From: an uncultured SAR86 cluster bacterium
GTDB lineage: Bacteria; Pseudomonadota; Gammaproteobacteria; Magnimaribacterales; D2472
Assembly (NCBI GenBank): GCA_902525635.1
Contig: CABZHV010000003.1
Coordinates: forward strand, 9,538-73,537
Direction: 5' to 3'
DNA: 64,000 nucleotides
Position numbers and translations under genes: made by a program
The notes under the pieces: generated by a model
Seen by the model: the letters and a program-made list of their open reading frames with translations, nothing else
What the model was told of the DNA's origin: nothing
Databases searched by the model: none
Shown here: positions 11,013-21,023 of the stretch, in pieces
How the letters are laid out: each line of letters begins with the position of its first letter
Position numbering within the stretch: position 1 is the stretch's first letter

Positions 11013-12243
11013 CTACAAAATATAAAAATATAAACCCTAATATAAATATTATTATCAAAGGTATCAACGCAATTTTTAAATCGTTAAAGGCTATGAGAAA
11101 GATATTTACAAGTAAAGGTCCTACAACTGAACCTGCTCTGCCAAATGTATTATAAAACCCAAAAAATTCGCCAGATTTAGACTCAGGAATAATCTTAGCA
11201 AACAAACTTCTTGAGGATGCCTGAATGCCACCTTGAACGGTTCCAACAAGGGCTGCAAGAATATAAAATTCAGTTGCGTTTGTTAAGAACATTGAAAAAA
11301 TTACAACACCAATATATATAATTATTGTTATATAAATTGTAGATTTGTCTCCATATTTTGTTGAAAATATACTCCAAAGATATGTACATGGAGCGGCTAT
11401 AAACTGAACCAAAATCAATGCAGTGATTATTGATTCTTGCCCTATTCCAATTCCATCTCCAAAAATTGCTGCAAGTGTCATTATTGTGTGAACACCATCA
11501 ATATATAGAAAAAAAGCTACTAAAAAAATTACAATGTTTTTTCTTGATGAAATGTCTTTAAATGTTTTATAAATTTGATTAAAAGATTCTCTCAATTTAT
11601 TTTCTTCAATTGGTTGTTGTTCGTAATTAAAAATTAGAGGCAAGGTAAAAAGAATCCACCAAACTCCTACAGTTACAAAGGACCATTTAATTGCACTCAC
11701 ATTGTCTTCTAAACCAAAGAATGATGGATTTAAAACCATAAATGAGTTTAAAACAAATAGAATACCTCCACCTAAGTAACCAATTGAATAACCTAAACCT
11801 GATATTTTGCTTACATTAGATTTATCTGAAATGAAAATCAGGATTTTGTCGTAAAGAACTATGGCAGCTGAAAAACAGAATAATGATATTCCATACAAAA
11901 TTAAAGCAATAATCCAACTATTTGCATCAATAAAATAAAAAGAACAAACTATTATTGCTCCAAAAAAACTAAAAATCGAAAAAAAAGTTTTTGTTAAATT
12001 TTTAACATCTGTGATTGCTCCTATTATTGGCATACCAACTAAGATAAATAAATTTATTATTGTTAACCCAGCTGTATAATATTTCGTTGATGTTATTTCA
12101 TCTATATCTGCTGCCCAATAACTTGTGAAAAAAAGTGGGAAAAATGCTGCGATAACTGTTGTGGTAAATGCTGAATTACCTGCATCATATGCTATCCATG
12201 ATCTTACTTGTTTATTAAATGTAACTTTACCTTGATGACTCAT
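10987..12243 (-). CDS. MFS transporter (UMF1/Atg22-like)
   Basis: 418 aa with about 12 predicted TM helices. N-terminal WIAYDAGNSAFTT is typical of this subfamily. Confidence 0.75.
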   Translation of the reverse strand: MSHQGKVTFNKQVRSWIAYDAGNSAFTTTVIAAFFPLFFTSYWAADIDEITSTKYYTAGLTIINLFILVGMPIIGAITDVKNLTKTFFSIFSFFGAIIVCSFYFIDANSWIIALILYGISLFCFSAAIVLYDKILIFISDKSNVSKISGLGYSIGYLGGGILFVLNSFMVLNPSFFGLEDNVSAIKWSFVTVGVWWILFTLPLIFNYEQQPIEENKLRESFNQIYKTFKDISSRKNIVIFLVAFFLYIDGVHTIMTLAAIFGDGIGIGQESIITALILVQFIAAPCTYLWSIFSTKYGDKSTIYITIIIYIGVVIFSMFLTNATEFYILAALVGTVQGGIQASSRSLFAKIIPESKSGEFFGFYNTFGRAGSVVGPLLVNIFLIAFNDLKIALIPLIIIFILGFIFLYFVDEYHEAIQ

Positions 12244-12327
12244 GTTTTATGACTTATGAATTTAACTATCTTATAATAATTTAAGCACTTTCATGTGATT
12301 ATAGTGTTTTATTTTTGAGGAATTTTC

Positions 12328-12426
12328 ATGGACGATAACAACACAGTTAAGTACGGTAGCTTTTTTGCAATTGGTATTGGTTTAATAGTACTCGCATTAA
12401 TTATCGGAGCTTGGAAATTTTTTTAA
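12328..12426 (+). CDS. possible 32-aa single-TM peptide
   Basis: My reading gives MDDNNTVKYGSFFAIGIGLIVLALIIGAWKFF, preceded by GAGG 7 nt upstream. No homology evidence. Confidence 0.2.
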   Translation: MDDNNTVKYGSFFAIGIGLIVLALIIGAWKFF

Positions 12427-12764
12427 CCAGGCGGCCAGTTTAATGCCCTTCCAGATAACAAGTGTATATGTAGGTGAAAAACACTTTGTCCTGCCCTTGC
12501 TCCATTGTTAACCACTAGTCGAAAGGTTTCATCAAGACCTAAATCTTCAGCAACTTTGCCAGCAACAAGCATTAAATGACCCAGGATTTCTTGATCTTCT
12601 ATAGTTGAATCAGATAATTTTGGTATTACTTTTTTGGGAATTATTAATAAATGTGTTGGTGCCTGAGGATTAATATCCTTAATGACAAAAGAAATGTCAT
12701 CTTCATACAATATTTCAGATGGTATTTCTTTATTTATTATCTTTTCAAATAATGTAGATGACAT
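12423..12764 (-). CDS. HIT-family nucleotide hydrolase (HinT-like)
   Basis: Histidine triad HLHIHLL. 113 aa. Confidence 0.9.
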   Translation of the reverse strand: MSSTLFEKIINKEIPSEILYEDDISFVIKDINPQAPTHLLIIPKKVIPKLSDSTIEDQEILGHLMLVAGKVAEDLGLDETFRLVVNNGARAGQSVFHLHIHLLSGRALNWPPG

Positions 12765-12770
12765 AGAAGA

Positions 12771-12959
12771 CTAGAAAAAATTCCTAAAAAATCTAAAACC
12801 AATATAAAAAATTGCTGCTGTCATTATGATTGCCAACAACACTATCAGTAAATCTCTTAGAGTTTGCAGAAATCTGCCTTGCCTGCTCGCTTTGATTAAT
12901 TGGAAAAGTAAAAATAAAACTGCTATTGAGCTGACTACTAATATAAACATACTTAACAT
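12771..12959 (-). CDS. small 2-TM membrane protein (hypothetical)
   Basis: 62 aa with two hydrophobic helices. Tightly packed between the DedA and HIT genes. Confidence 0.4.
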   Translation of the reverse strand: MLSMFILVVSSIAVLFLLFQLIKASRQGRFLQTLRDLLIVLLAIIMTAAIFYIGFRFFRNFF

Positions 12960-12963
12960 AATT

Positions 12964-13467
12964 TTATCCTAATAATGAACCAACACCTGTTACAAGTAAT
13001 GCTAGAGCAGTTCCCCAACATGCACATGCTATAACGTCTGCAATATAAAATCTTACAGCTTTTAGATCAGAAATTCCAAGTAAAAATGGAACTATTGGTC
13101 TAATTGCAGGCACAAACCTTCCTAAGATTACTGTATAAGAACCAGTTTTCTCTAAAAAATTTTGAGCTCTTTTAATAGTCTTTTCTCTTTTCATCATAAA
13201 TTTTGATGCTAGTAGACTTGGTCCAACCGTTTTTCCAAAAAAGAAACCAGATACATCACCAAGGTGGGCACCTAACATTGCTATTAGTACAATTGAATAC
13301 AACGGCAGGAGTTCCATATTAAATACAAATATACAAACCGAAAATAAAATTGCACTTGAAACAATAATTCCAGAAAGTATAAAGGACTCCATAAATGCAA
13401 ACATAAATATAGCTATCCAAGCTAATTCATTATTGTTACTTAAAAAAGATTCAATATTTTCAAACAT
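12964..13467 (-). CDS. DedA/SNARE-associated family membrane protein
   Basis: LGRFVPAIRPIVPFLLG motif. 167 aa. Confidence 0.8.
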   Translation of the reverse strand: MFENIESFLSNNNELAWIAIFMFAFMESFILSGIIVSSAILFSVCIFVFNMELLPLYSIVLIAMLGAHLGDVSGFFFGKTVGPSLLASKFMMKREKTIKRAQNFLEKTGSYTVILGRFVPAIRPIVPFLLGISDLKAVRFYIADVIACACWGTALALLVTGVGSLLG

Positions 13468-13531
13468 AAGATTTTTAAAATGATATTTTACTTCAATATA
13501 TTTAAGGTGTGATATAAATTAAACTAAATAA

Positions 13532-14662
13532 TTGCATATGAAAAATATAGAAGAATTTATAGTTAAGGTATCAGAAAAAGATATTGATTTACTAAATAAA
13601 AAGATCGATCTAATAAGATGGCCTGATGAAATAAATCATAAATGGTCTCATGGAACGGATCTTAACTTCTTAAAAGAACTAACAAACTATTGGAGGAATG
13701 AATTTAATTGGCGAGATCATGAAAAGAAGATTAATGACATTGGTAGCTACAAATATAAAACTAAGTCCGGACTTAAGCTTCATTTACTTCATTCAAAGTC
13801 AAACAACAATAATGCTATTCCATTAGTAATGACTCATGGATGGCCCGGAAGCATCCAGGAATTTTTAAAAATAATTCCAATCATTCAAAAAAACTCTGAT
13901 ATACCAATTGATATTATTTGCCCTTCTCTGCCAGGATTTGGATTTTCCGATAAACCAAAAGAGGTTGGTATGGATTCCAAACAGATTGCTATTTTGCAGC
14001 ATGAGCTCTTAATAGCTCTTGGATATGATAAATATATTGTTCAAGGTGGTGACTGGGGAGCTACCATAAGCAAATGGATGGCTGAACTTTATCCAGATCA
14101 TTGTATTGGCATTCATCTTAATATGATTATTGCTTGGCCACCTGCTGATAAAGATCCATTAGAAAATACCTCACAAGAAGAACAAAAACTAATGGCAAAT
14201 TATGAAAAATATAAAGAACAAGGAGTTGGATACTATGAGATACAAAAAACAAAACCACAAACACTTGGTTATGGCTTAAATGACTCTCCTATTGGACTTG
14301 CTGCATGGATTGTAGAGAAGTTTTATGGCTGGTTTGATGGTGAAGAGAATAAACTAGTTGTTTCTAATGATGAAGTTCTGGCAATAGTATCTTTGTATTG
14401 GTTTAGTGAATCAATAACTTCATCAACAAGGTTATATAAAGAAAATGGAGACTTAGGATTTTCTTTTGAGAACATAAAGCAACCTATGGCAGGCGCAGTT
14501 TTTGAAAGAGACTTGATTGCACCTCCAAGAGCATGGGCTGAAGAAATCTATAATGTAGTTCAATGGAATACTCACAAAGGCGGACATTTTGCAGCCTTAG
14601 AGCAACCTGAGTCACTTTCGGTAGATATTATTGATTTTATAAAAAAGTTAAATATTGTTTAA
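13532..14662 (+). CDS. epoxide hydrolase (microsomal EH-like alpha/beta hydrolase)
   Basis: N-terminal EHN-type region, HGWPGS oxyanion motif, GGDWG nucleophile elbow. Confidence 0.85.
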   Translation: MHMKNIEEFIVKVSEKDIDLLNKKIDLIRWPDEINHKWSHGTDLNFLKELTNYWRNEFNWRDHEKKINDIGSYKYKTKSGLKLHLLHSKSNNNNAIPLVMTHGWPGSIQEFLKIIPIIQKNSDIPIDIICPSLPGFGFSDKPKEVGMDSKQIAILQHELLIALGYDKYIVQGGDWGATISKWMAELYPDHCIGIHLNMIIAWPPADKDPLENTSQEEQKLMANYEKYKEQGVGYYEIQKTKPQTLGYGLNDSPIGLAAWIVEKFYGWFDGEENKLVVSNDEVLAIVSLYWFSESITSSTRLYKENGDLGFSFENIKQPMAGAVFERDLIAPPRAWAEEIYNVVQWNTHKGGHFAALEQPESLSVDIIDFIKKLNIV

Positions 14663-15695
14663 TTTCTGAAAGAGATAATAATTTAAAATTCTCCTTAGGT
14701 ATGGTATTTTCACCAGTATTTTTTCCGTCTTGCACAACCAATAAGCCCTCTGCAAAATCGCTATTTAAAAAAGTATTAACAATTTCTAAACCATCGGTAT
14801 CTGAAACTCCATCAATAGAATTGTTTTCTTTTATTTGGAAAGATCCAACATATGCATGTGGTTCAGTTCTATCATATATATTAAATGTATTATTACCTTG
14901 TGAAGATGCAATGAGGTAACCGTTAGTTTGCGATGTTTTTAATATTGCTAATCCTTCAGGATCTCCAACAATATTCCCACCTCTGTCATCTATTCTAATC
15001 TTATTACTAAGCTCCAAGTCTTCTGTAAGAGAATAGGATCTTAATATACCTCTTTGGTTTTCTTCAGAAATAAAAAGTTTTTTATTTTCATCGTCTATGG
15101 CACAACCTTCTGATTCTGAAGCATTGTTATTATTAAAAGTATTTACCAAGTTAAGGTTATTTCCAGAAAACTTCCATAGCCTTACTCTAGGTCCTTTTGC
15201 CTCTGTAACAAATGCAATAAATTGATCATCAATCAAGCCTGCGCATACTCCGTATGCAAGAAAGTTAACCTCGTCAGAATAGTGAGGCGTTTCATCCATA
15301 CTAAAACTGCCTTCTTTTGATTTTTTATGCAAATAAGAGTTCTTATATTTCCATAAATATATTTTATTTGTTGATGTATCAGTTCCAACTATATATGTAC
15401 TGTCTTTGTAAGTCCTTAAATCAATATTATTTATGCTTCCAGACTCAGAAAAGCCAATAATTTCCCCTTTTAAGTTATATGAATAAATACCATTATATTT
15501 ATCAGTCCCAAATATTATTGATAAGCCTGGGTTTGTTTCATTGAACCAAATTGCTGGATCATCTGCGTTTCCATTTATCTTAACTTGTGGTGTTTCAAAT
15601 AAAGCAGAAACTGAAAATTCCCTTGAGGCATAAACATTAACATTACTAATAAATACGAAAATTATTAACAGTAGATTTAATTTTTTAATCAACAT
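14637..15695 (-). CDS. secreted beta-propeller phytase (3-phytase)
   Basis: Signal peptide and the DDPAIW motif characteristic of BPP phytases. 352 aa. Confidence 0.75.
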   Translation of the reverse strand: MLIKKLNLLLIIFVFISNVNVYASREFSVSALFETPQVKINGNADDPAIWFNETNPGLSIIFGTDKYNGIYSYNLKGEIIGFSESGSINNIDLRTYKDSTYIVGTDTSTNKIYLWKYKNSYLHKKSKEGSFSMDETPHYSDEVNFLAYGVCAGLIDDQFIAFVTEAKGPRVRLWKFSGNNLNLVNTFNNNNASESEGCAIDDENKKLFISEENQRGILRSYSLTEDLELSNKIRIDDRGGNIVGDPEGLAILKTSQTNGYLIASSQGNNTFNIYDRTEPHAYVGSFQIKENNSIDGVSDTDGLEIVNTFLNSDFAEGLLVVQDGKNTGENTIPKENFKLLSLSEIKQYLTFL

Positions 15696-15699
15696 TAAA

Positions 15700-16296
15700 T
15701 TATTTTGATTGATTAACCCAATTTAGAATATATGCATGCGCCGCTCTATTAGCCTCAATTTTACCAACTTCGTTTAAGATGCCGTTTTCTCTTGTGTTAA
15801 GAGAAAAAATTGAAATAATTATCTGTGTAAATACTCTAAAAACTCCATCGTTATTAAAGAACTCTGGAAGTTCTATATTTCTTTCTATAAATTCTTGAAC
15901 ACTTGATGACAGTTCATGAAAAGGCTCTTTAGTAACTGGTAGTGATGTTGTATTTGATAAAACCAATTGTTGTGCAGCAATTGAGGATGAAAAATAATCA
16001 TAAATAATTTCGACAGTTCTCAAGACGATTACTGACAGTTCAGCTGTATTTATATCCGATGATCTTTTAGAAAAATCTTTTGATAATTCCATAAAATATT
16101 TAGTTGTTAATGCAGCTTTAATAGCCTCAGGAGTTTGAAAAAATTTATACGTTGAAGTTCTTTTTAAACCTGACACTTTTGAGATATTTGCAATTGTGAT
16201 TGAATCAATACCATTCTCTAACAGAATATTTTCAGCGGTAGTTAATATGACTTCGATTCTTTTTCTACTTCTTTCCTGTTTAGGGGCTTGATCCAT
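15700..16296 (-). CDS. TetR-family transcriptional regulator
   Basis: N-terminal HTH (ITIANISKVSGLKRTSTYKFF). 198 aa. Confidence 0.8.
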   Translation of the reverse strand: MDQAPKQERSRKRIEVILTTAENILLENGIDSITIANISKVSGLKRTSTYKFFQTPEAIKAALTTKYFMELSKDFSKRSSDINTAELSVIVLRTVEIIYDYFSSSIAAQQLVLSNTTSLPVTKEPFHELSSSVQEFIERNIELPEFFNNDGVFRVFTQIIISIFSLNTRENGILNEVGKIEANRAAHAYILNWVNQSK

Positions 16297-16371
16297 AAAT
16301 TTATTATGGACAAATGTTGAGAAAAGTAAATCAGATTGATGTAAAAAGACGCTATAAACCCATTTTACATA

Positions 16372-17292
16372 TTAAAACTTATATTCAAATCCTACAGATA
16401 CATATTCTGCATTCTTAGATGTTTTATCACTCTCTAAATCTGAATAGTGAAAAAAGACCTTAGCAATTTTAGATATTTTATAATCGTATCCGATTGAGTT
16501 TTGCTTACCAGATTCTAACTTTATATCTGAGCTAGCTGTCTGAAGATAGACACTGCCCTTATCTGATACTTTCTTTTTAAGACTTAAAAGATGACCATTT
16601 TCAGATACTCCAGTAGAGGTTTTTTCAGATGATTGATACATCAAACCAACATCAATACCAAGTGATTCTATTGGAAACATTGTTGTAAATCTTGTACTGT
16701 CATATCCCTTTCCGTTTGAATCTAAAGCAAACGCCAATTTTACAGATCCGGTTGAGTAATTAACTGAATAGGATTCAAAGGTTCCTGTTGATTGGCTAAT
16801 GGAGTTTATAGTTACTTTTAGGCCATCAATTAGTTCTGGTGTTGTATACGCAACAAAACTATTCATCCTATTTTCACCTTGGAATAAATATTTAATATCT
16901 GCTCTAGTGTCATTAAATAAATCAACTTTTAATTGTGCAACTTTAAAAGCAGTATCATGCGTTCCAGCAAACAGTCTTCCAAAATTTCCTTCTAGCGCTA
17001 AAAATGTGTTTCTTTCTTTGAAGACTTTTTCTCCATCAGCTCTAAACCTTCCATCAGTTGGATCAATCTCATTTTCAATTTGAAAAGAAATTTTTAGACC
17101 ATCGTTAATATCAAACTTACCTTTAACACCTAATCTTGATGCATTGTTTTTAAAATCTGTATCTGTTTTAGAGTTTTTATCAGTGCTTTCATAACTAGTA
17201 TTTATCTTTCCGTAAAATGTAATATCAGAAAGTAGATCTGAAGAAAAACATAAAACAGCTAAAGTAGTACTTAAAAGCTTAAATATTTTCAT
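16372..17292 (-). CDS. outer-membrane porin (Gram-negative porin family)
   Basis: Signal peptide, FYGKINTSYE start, alternating beta-strand pattern, C-terminal ...GFEYKF. Confidence 0.7.
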   Translation of the reverse strand: MKIFKLLSTTLAVLCFSSDLLSDITFYGKINTSYESTDKNSKTDTDFKNNASRLGVKGKFDINDGLKISFQIENEIDPTDGRFRADGEKVFKERNTFLALEGNFGRLFAGTHDTAFKVAQLKVDLFNDTRADIKYLFQGENRMNSFVAYTTPELIDGLKVTINSISQSTGTFESYSVNYSTGSVKLAFALDSNGKGYDSTRFTTMFPIESLGIDVGLMYQSSEKTSTGVSENGHLLSLKKKVSDKGSVYLQTASSDIKLESGKQNSIGYDYKISKIAKVFFHYSDLESDKTSKNAEYVSVGFEYKF

Positions 17293-17298
17293 TTGGAT

Positions 17299-18546
17299 TT
17301 AAACTCCAAAAACTGTCTTTAATATAAAATAAAATAATATTGTTAGACTTGCGCCAGCCGGGATTGTTACAACCCAAGAAAGAACAATTCTTCCAATAGA
17401 ACCAAGATCTAAATGAGAGACACCTTTTGCCAATCCAACTCCTATAACTGCACCTACTAATGTATGTGTTGTTGATATTGGAAATCCTATATAAGTGGCA
17501 GCTACAACTGTTGATGCTGCTGCCATTTCTGCAGAAAAACCAAGACTAGGTGTTAAATGAGTAATCTTGCTGCCTACTGTCTTAATTACTCTTCCACCAA
17601 GCATTGCCAATCCAAAAACAATACCTATACCACCTATTAATAATACCCATGGACTGACAGCTGCCTTAGCACCTATTGCACCCTCTGAGGCAACACTTAT
17701 TATTGCTGACATTGGTCCAATAGCATTTGCAACATCGTTTGATCCGTGTGCAAAGGCCATTGCTGAAGCAGTTACAATCATTAGAACAGCAAAAGCTGAT
17801 TCGACACCATATTCTTTAATTTTATCTTTATTTAAATTTAATAAAATTGCAGTTACGATTGTTACAACCACTCCAAAACCTATAGTAACTAGAACAACTT
17901 CGTTGTCTGTTAGTGGTAAGCCTACATGCTTCAATCCTTTTCTTGCAGTTACTAAACCTATAATTACTGCTACAAAAAACCCATAAAAAGGTATCAAAGA
18001 TACTGCTGCTTGTTCTGGATCTCTTCTGTCTAAAATTAATTTTTTAGCACTTAAGAAAATTAAAAATGCCATAGTTCCAGATACAGCGGGAGAAACAACC
18101 CAACTAGCAGCGATAGTTCCAACTTTACCCCAAGAAACTGACGCAAAGCCCATAGAGATAATAACAAAACCTACGATCGAACCCACAATTGAATGTGTTG
18201 TTGAAACTGGCCAACCCTTTGAGCTAGCTAATAGTAACCAGGTAGCAGCAGCAAATAATGCTGACATCATACCGATTATAAAAATATTTTCTTGCCCGAT
18301 ATATAAATCTGGTGAGACTATTCCTTTTCTTATGGTTGAGGTAACCTCACCACCTGCTAGATAAGCTCCAAGAAACTCAAAAATAGCTGCTATAAATATT
18401 GCTTGTCTAAATGTAATAGCTTTACTTCCTACAGAAGTTCCCATAGCATTAGCAACATCATTTGCTCCAATACCAAAAGCCATAAAGAAACCAGCAAAAG
18501 CTGCAATTAACAATATAATCGTCGGATCTAAAAATAAATTTTCCAT
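17299..18546 (-). CDS. inorganic phosphate transporter, PiT family
   Basis: Two copies of the GANDVANA/GSNDVANA signature. 415 aa. Confidence 0.95.
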   Translation of the reverse strand: MENLFLDPTIILLIAAFAGFFMAFGIGANDVANAMGTSVGSKAITFRQAIFIAAIFEFLGAYLAGGEVTSTIRKGIVSPDLYIGQENIFIIGMMSALFAAATWLLLASSKGWPVSTTHSIVGSIVGFVIISMGFASVSWGKVGTIAASWVVSPAVSGTMAFLIFLSAKKLILDRRDPEQAAVSLIPFYGFFVAVIIGLVTARKGLKHVGLPLTDNEVVLVTIGFGVVVTIVTAILLNLNKDKIKEYGVESAFAVLMIVTASAMAFAHGSNDVANAIGPMSAIISVASEGAIGAKAAVSPWVLLIGGIGIVFGLAMLGGRVIKTVGSKITHLTPSLGFSAEMAAASTVVAATYIGFPISTTHTLVGAVIGVGLAKGVSHLDLGSIGRIVLSWVVTIPAGASLTILFYFILKTVFGV

Positions 18547-18592
18547 AATATTTTTTTGTAGTTAATTAACAAGAACTATTTAGCACGAGTAA

Positions 18593-18632
18593 TGTTACAA
18601 ATGTGTTACTAAATGATTAAAGTTTTGTAATT
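18593..18632. promoter_or_regulatory. Pho-box-like array of 7-bp repeats with 11-bp period
   Basis: TGTTACA-aatg-TGTTACT-aaat-GATTAAA-gttt-TGTAATT in the PiT/PPK2 divergent intergenic region. On the minus strand, AGTAACAcattTGTAACA is followed 10 nt later by TAAATA, the same geometry as the E. coli phoA Pho box and its -10. Confidence 0.45.
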
Positions 18633-18691
18633 TATTTACGAAGTTTTTGTTAGGGATAGTAAAATATAGTAATTAATAACCAAAAATAATT

Positions 18692-19531
18692 ATGAGTCTT
18701 ATTTCTTTAGATCAAAGTGAGTACAAAAGTTTAGATGCTAAAGCGTATGATCGTGAAAAAAGAAGATTAAGAATTGAGTTACTTAAGCTTCAAGAAGACG
18801 TTATTAAAAATAATAGAAAGTTATGTATTATTTTTGAAGGAAGGGACACTGCAGGAAAGAGTACTGCTATTCGATTTTTTTCTGAATATTTAAGACCTCA
18901 ACACTTTAACTATGTTCAACTTGGCATTCCAACCAAATGGGAATCCTCGCATTGGTTCCAAAGGTGGAAAAAAGCATTACCACGCAGAGGAGAAATTTCG
19001 TTCCTAGACCGTTCCTGGTATACACGTGCAATTACAGAACCGATTATGGGTTATTGCTCTGAAAATCAATATAGAACTTTTATGAAAAAAGTTAATAAAT
19101 GGGAAGATGAACAAATGGATAATGGAGTTGAACTAACAAAGTTTTATTTTTCTTTGTCTAAAGATCAACAAGAGATACGAATGAAGGCAAGAAAGAATTC
19201 AGAATTAAAATATTGGAAGCTTTCAAAAAATGATGAAAAGATCATAACTAAGTGGAATGCATTCACCTTATACAAAGAGCAAATGTTTAATCAAACAAGT
19301 ACCGATAATAGTCCATGGGTCTCTATCAATTCAAATAATAAGATGATTGCAAGACTAACATCACTTAGATACCTCTTAATTAAAACAGAATATGAAGGCA
19401 AAAAGATACTTAAGCCAACAAAATGGTCTAAATCACTTAATAATTATTCATCTAATTTAGAAGGTGTGCAATTCGATAATCTTTCATATGATCAATTCAT
19501 GATTATCAGCAAATACAGTGATAATTCATGA
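18692..19531 (+). CDS. ppk2: polyphosphate kinase 2 (single-domain PPK2)
   Basis: Walker A-like GRDTAGKS and DRSWY motifs. 279 aa. Confidence 0.9.
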   Translation: MSLISLDQSEYKSLDAKAYDREKRRLRIELLKLQEDVIKNNRKLCIIFEGRDTAGKSTAIRFFSEYLRPQHFNYVQLGIPTKWESSHWFQRWKKALPRRGEISFLDRSWYTRAITEPIMGYCSENQYRTFMKKVNKWEDEQMDNGVELTKFYFSLSKDQQEIRMKARKNSELKYWKLSKNDEKIITKWNAFTLYKEQMFNQTSTDNSPWVSINSNNKMIARLTSLRYLLIKTEYEGKKILKPTKWSKSLNNYSSNLEGVQFDNLSYDQFMIISKYSDNS

Positions 19532-20391
19532 AAATTGCATCAGTTGATATAGGAACTAACGCAGTTAAGTCTAAGATTTTTAAAACAACACCTACCTCAA
19601 TTGAGTATATTGATGGAATTCGCTCACCAATTCGACTTGGTGCAGAAGTGTTTAAAAAAGGGAAATTATCTGAAAAAAAACTAAAAGAGTTAACACATAC
19701 TTTAAAAAAATATCAAAAAAAATTTATAAAAGACGGTATTAGTCAATATGAAATAGTGGCAACTAGCGCTCTAAGAAATACCTCAAATTCTGAAGATGCA
19801 AGAAGATATATAGAAAATAAAATTGAACATCCAATTAGAATAATTTCAGGTCTTGAAGAGGCTCAATTAATAAGTTTTCATCCAAAAGCTCAAAAAGAAA
19901 AAAACAAAATGTATGTAGATGTTGGTGGAGGAAGTACTGAGATATATATTTACGACAACTCAAATCATTCAGTTCAATCATTTCAATTAGGTGGTGTTAG
20001 GTTGATGCTTAAAAAGGATGAAAAAAATGAATGGGAAAGAATGGATAAATGGTTAAGCCAATTCAATGATATAAAAGAAATTATAGGAGTTGGAGGTAAC
20101 ATCAGAGCCTTTTTAAGTGCTCATAAATCAAAAAAAATGAAAACCGATGATTTTTTAAAAAAATATAAGCATCTGAGAAATCTTAAAATAGAGGAAAAAA
20201 TTAATGAGTTTGGGTTTGAGAGTGATAGAGCTGACGTCATTGATTTTGCATTAAAAATCTTTGAAAGAATTATTAAAAAATTAGACATTAAAACTATACA
20301 ATCAACTAAATGGGGAGTGTCTGATTCAATTGCAGTTAAAATTTTCCATGAGATTTATTCAAAAAAAATATCAATATATAACGAAAAATGA
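19528..20391 (+). CDS. Ppx/GppA-family phosphatase, N-terminal catalytic domains only
   Basis: ASVDIGTNAVK and DVGGGSTE ASKHA-fold motifs. At 287 aa it lacks the C-terminal domains of long PPX. ATGA overlap with ppk2. Confidence 0.8.
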   Translation: MKIASVDIGTNAVKSKIFKTTPTSIEYIDGIRSPIRLGAEVFKKGKLSEKKLKELTHTLKKYQKKFIKDGISQYEIVATSALRNTSNSEDARRYIENKIEHPIRIISGLEEAQLISFHPKAQKEKNKMYVDVGGGSTEIYIYDNSNHSVQSFQLGGVRLMLKKDEKNEWERMDKWLSQFNDIKEIIGVGGNIRAFLSAHKSKKMKTDDFLKKYKHLRNLKIEEKINEFGFESDRADVIDFALKIFERIIKKLDIKTIQSTKWGVSDSIAVKIFHEIYSKKISIYNEK

Positions 20392-21023
20392 AGTTAAATA
20401 AATATATTTCTGAGTTTTTAGGAACAGCTTTTTTATTCTGTGCAGTTGTAGGATCTGGAATAATGGGTCAATCACTAACAAATGATGAATCGATTATTTT
20501 ATTTGTTAACGCTGTTATTACTTTTTTCGCCCTTTATTTCTTAATCTCATCATTTGAGTCATACAGTAATCATTTTAATCCAGTTGTGTCTCTAGCATTT
20601 TTTTTAAATAAAGAAATTTCTTTTAAAACGTTCTTACTATTTACACTTTTGCAGATTCTAGGAGCAATTATTGGAGTTTTGATAGCAAATATTATGTTTG
20701 ATGTTGAATTATTTCAGTTCTCTAATAAAAACAGGTCTGGATTCAATATTTATCTATCCGAGGTTATTGCTACTTTCGGGTTAGTATTTTTTATATTAAT
20801 TTCAAGTAAAGATAAGATTGCGTTAATTGTTGCATCATATATTGGTGCAGCATATTGGTTTACGTCATCTACTTCATTTGCAAACTTGGCCGGGACGATC
20901 GGACGTATGTTCTCTGATAGCTTTGCTGGTATAAGTCCCGAAAATGTTTTCTCCTTTTGTTTGGCACAGATTGTCGGATCAGTTATAGCGTTTATAGTTT
21001 ATAAATTTTTCTTTAAGGATTGA
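20388..21023 (+). CDS. MIP/aquaporin-family channel with atypical NPA boxes
   Basis: Six TM segments. The first box is NPV (HFNPVVSLAFF) and the second is NLA (SFANLAGTIGR). ATGA overlap with the Ppx-like gene. Confidence 0.8.
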   Translation: MKLNKYISEFLGTAFLFCAVVGSGIMGQSLTNDESIILFVNAVITFFALYFLISSFESYSNHFNPVVSLAFFLNKEISFKTFLLFTLLQILGAIIGVLIANIMFDVELFQFSNKNRSGFNIYLSEVIATFGLVFFILISSKDKIALIVASYIGAAYWFTSSTSFANLAGTIGRMFSDSFAGISPENVFSFCLAQIVGSVIAFIVYKFFFKD

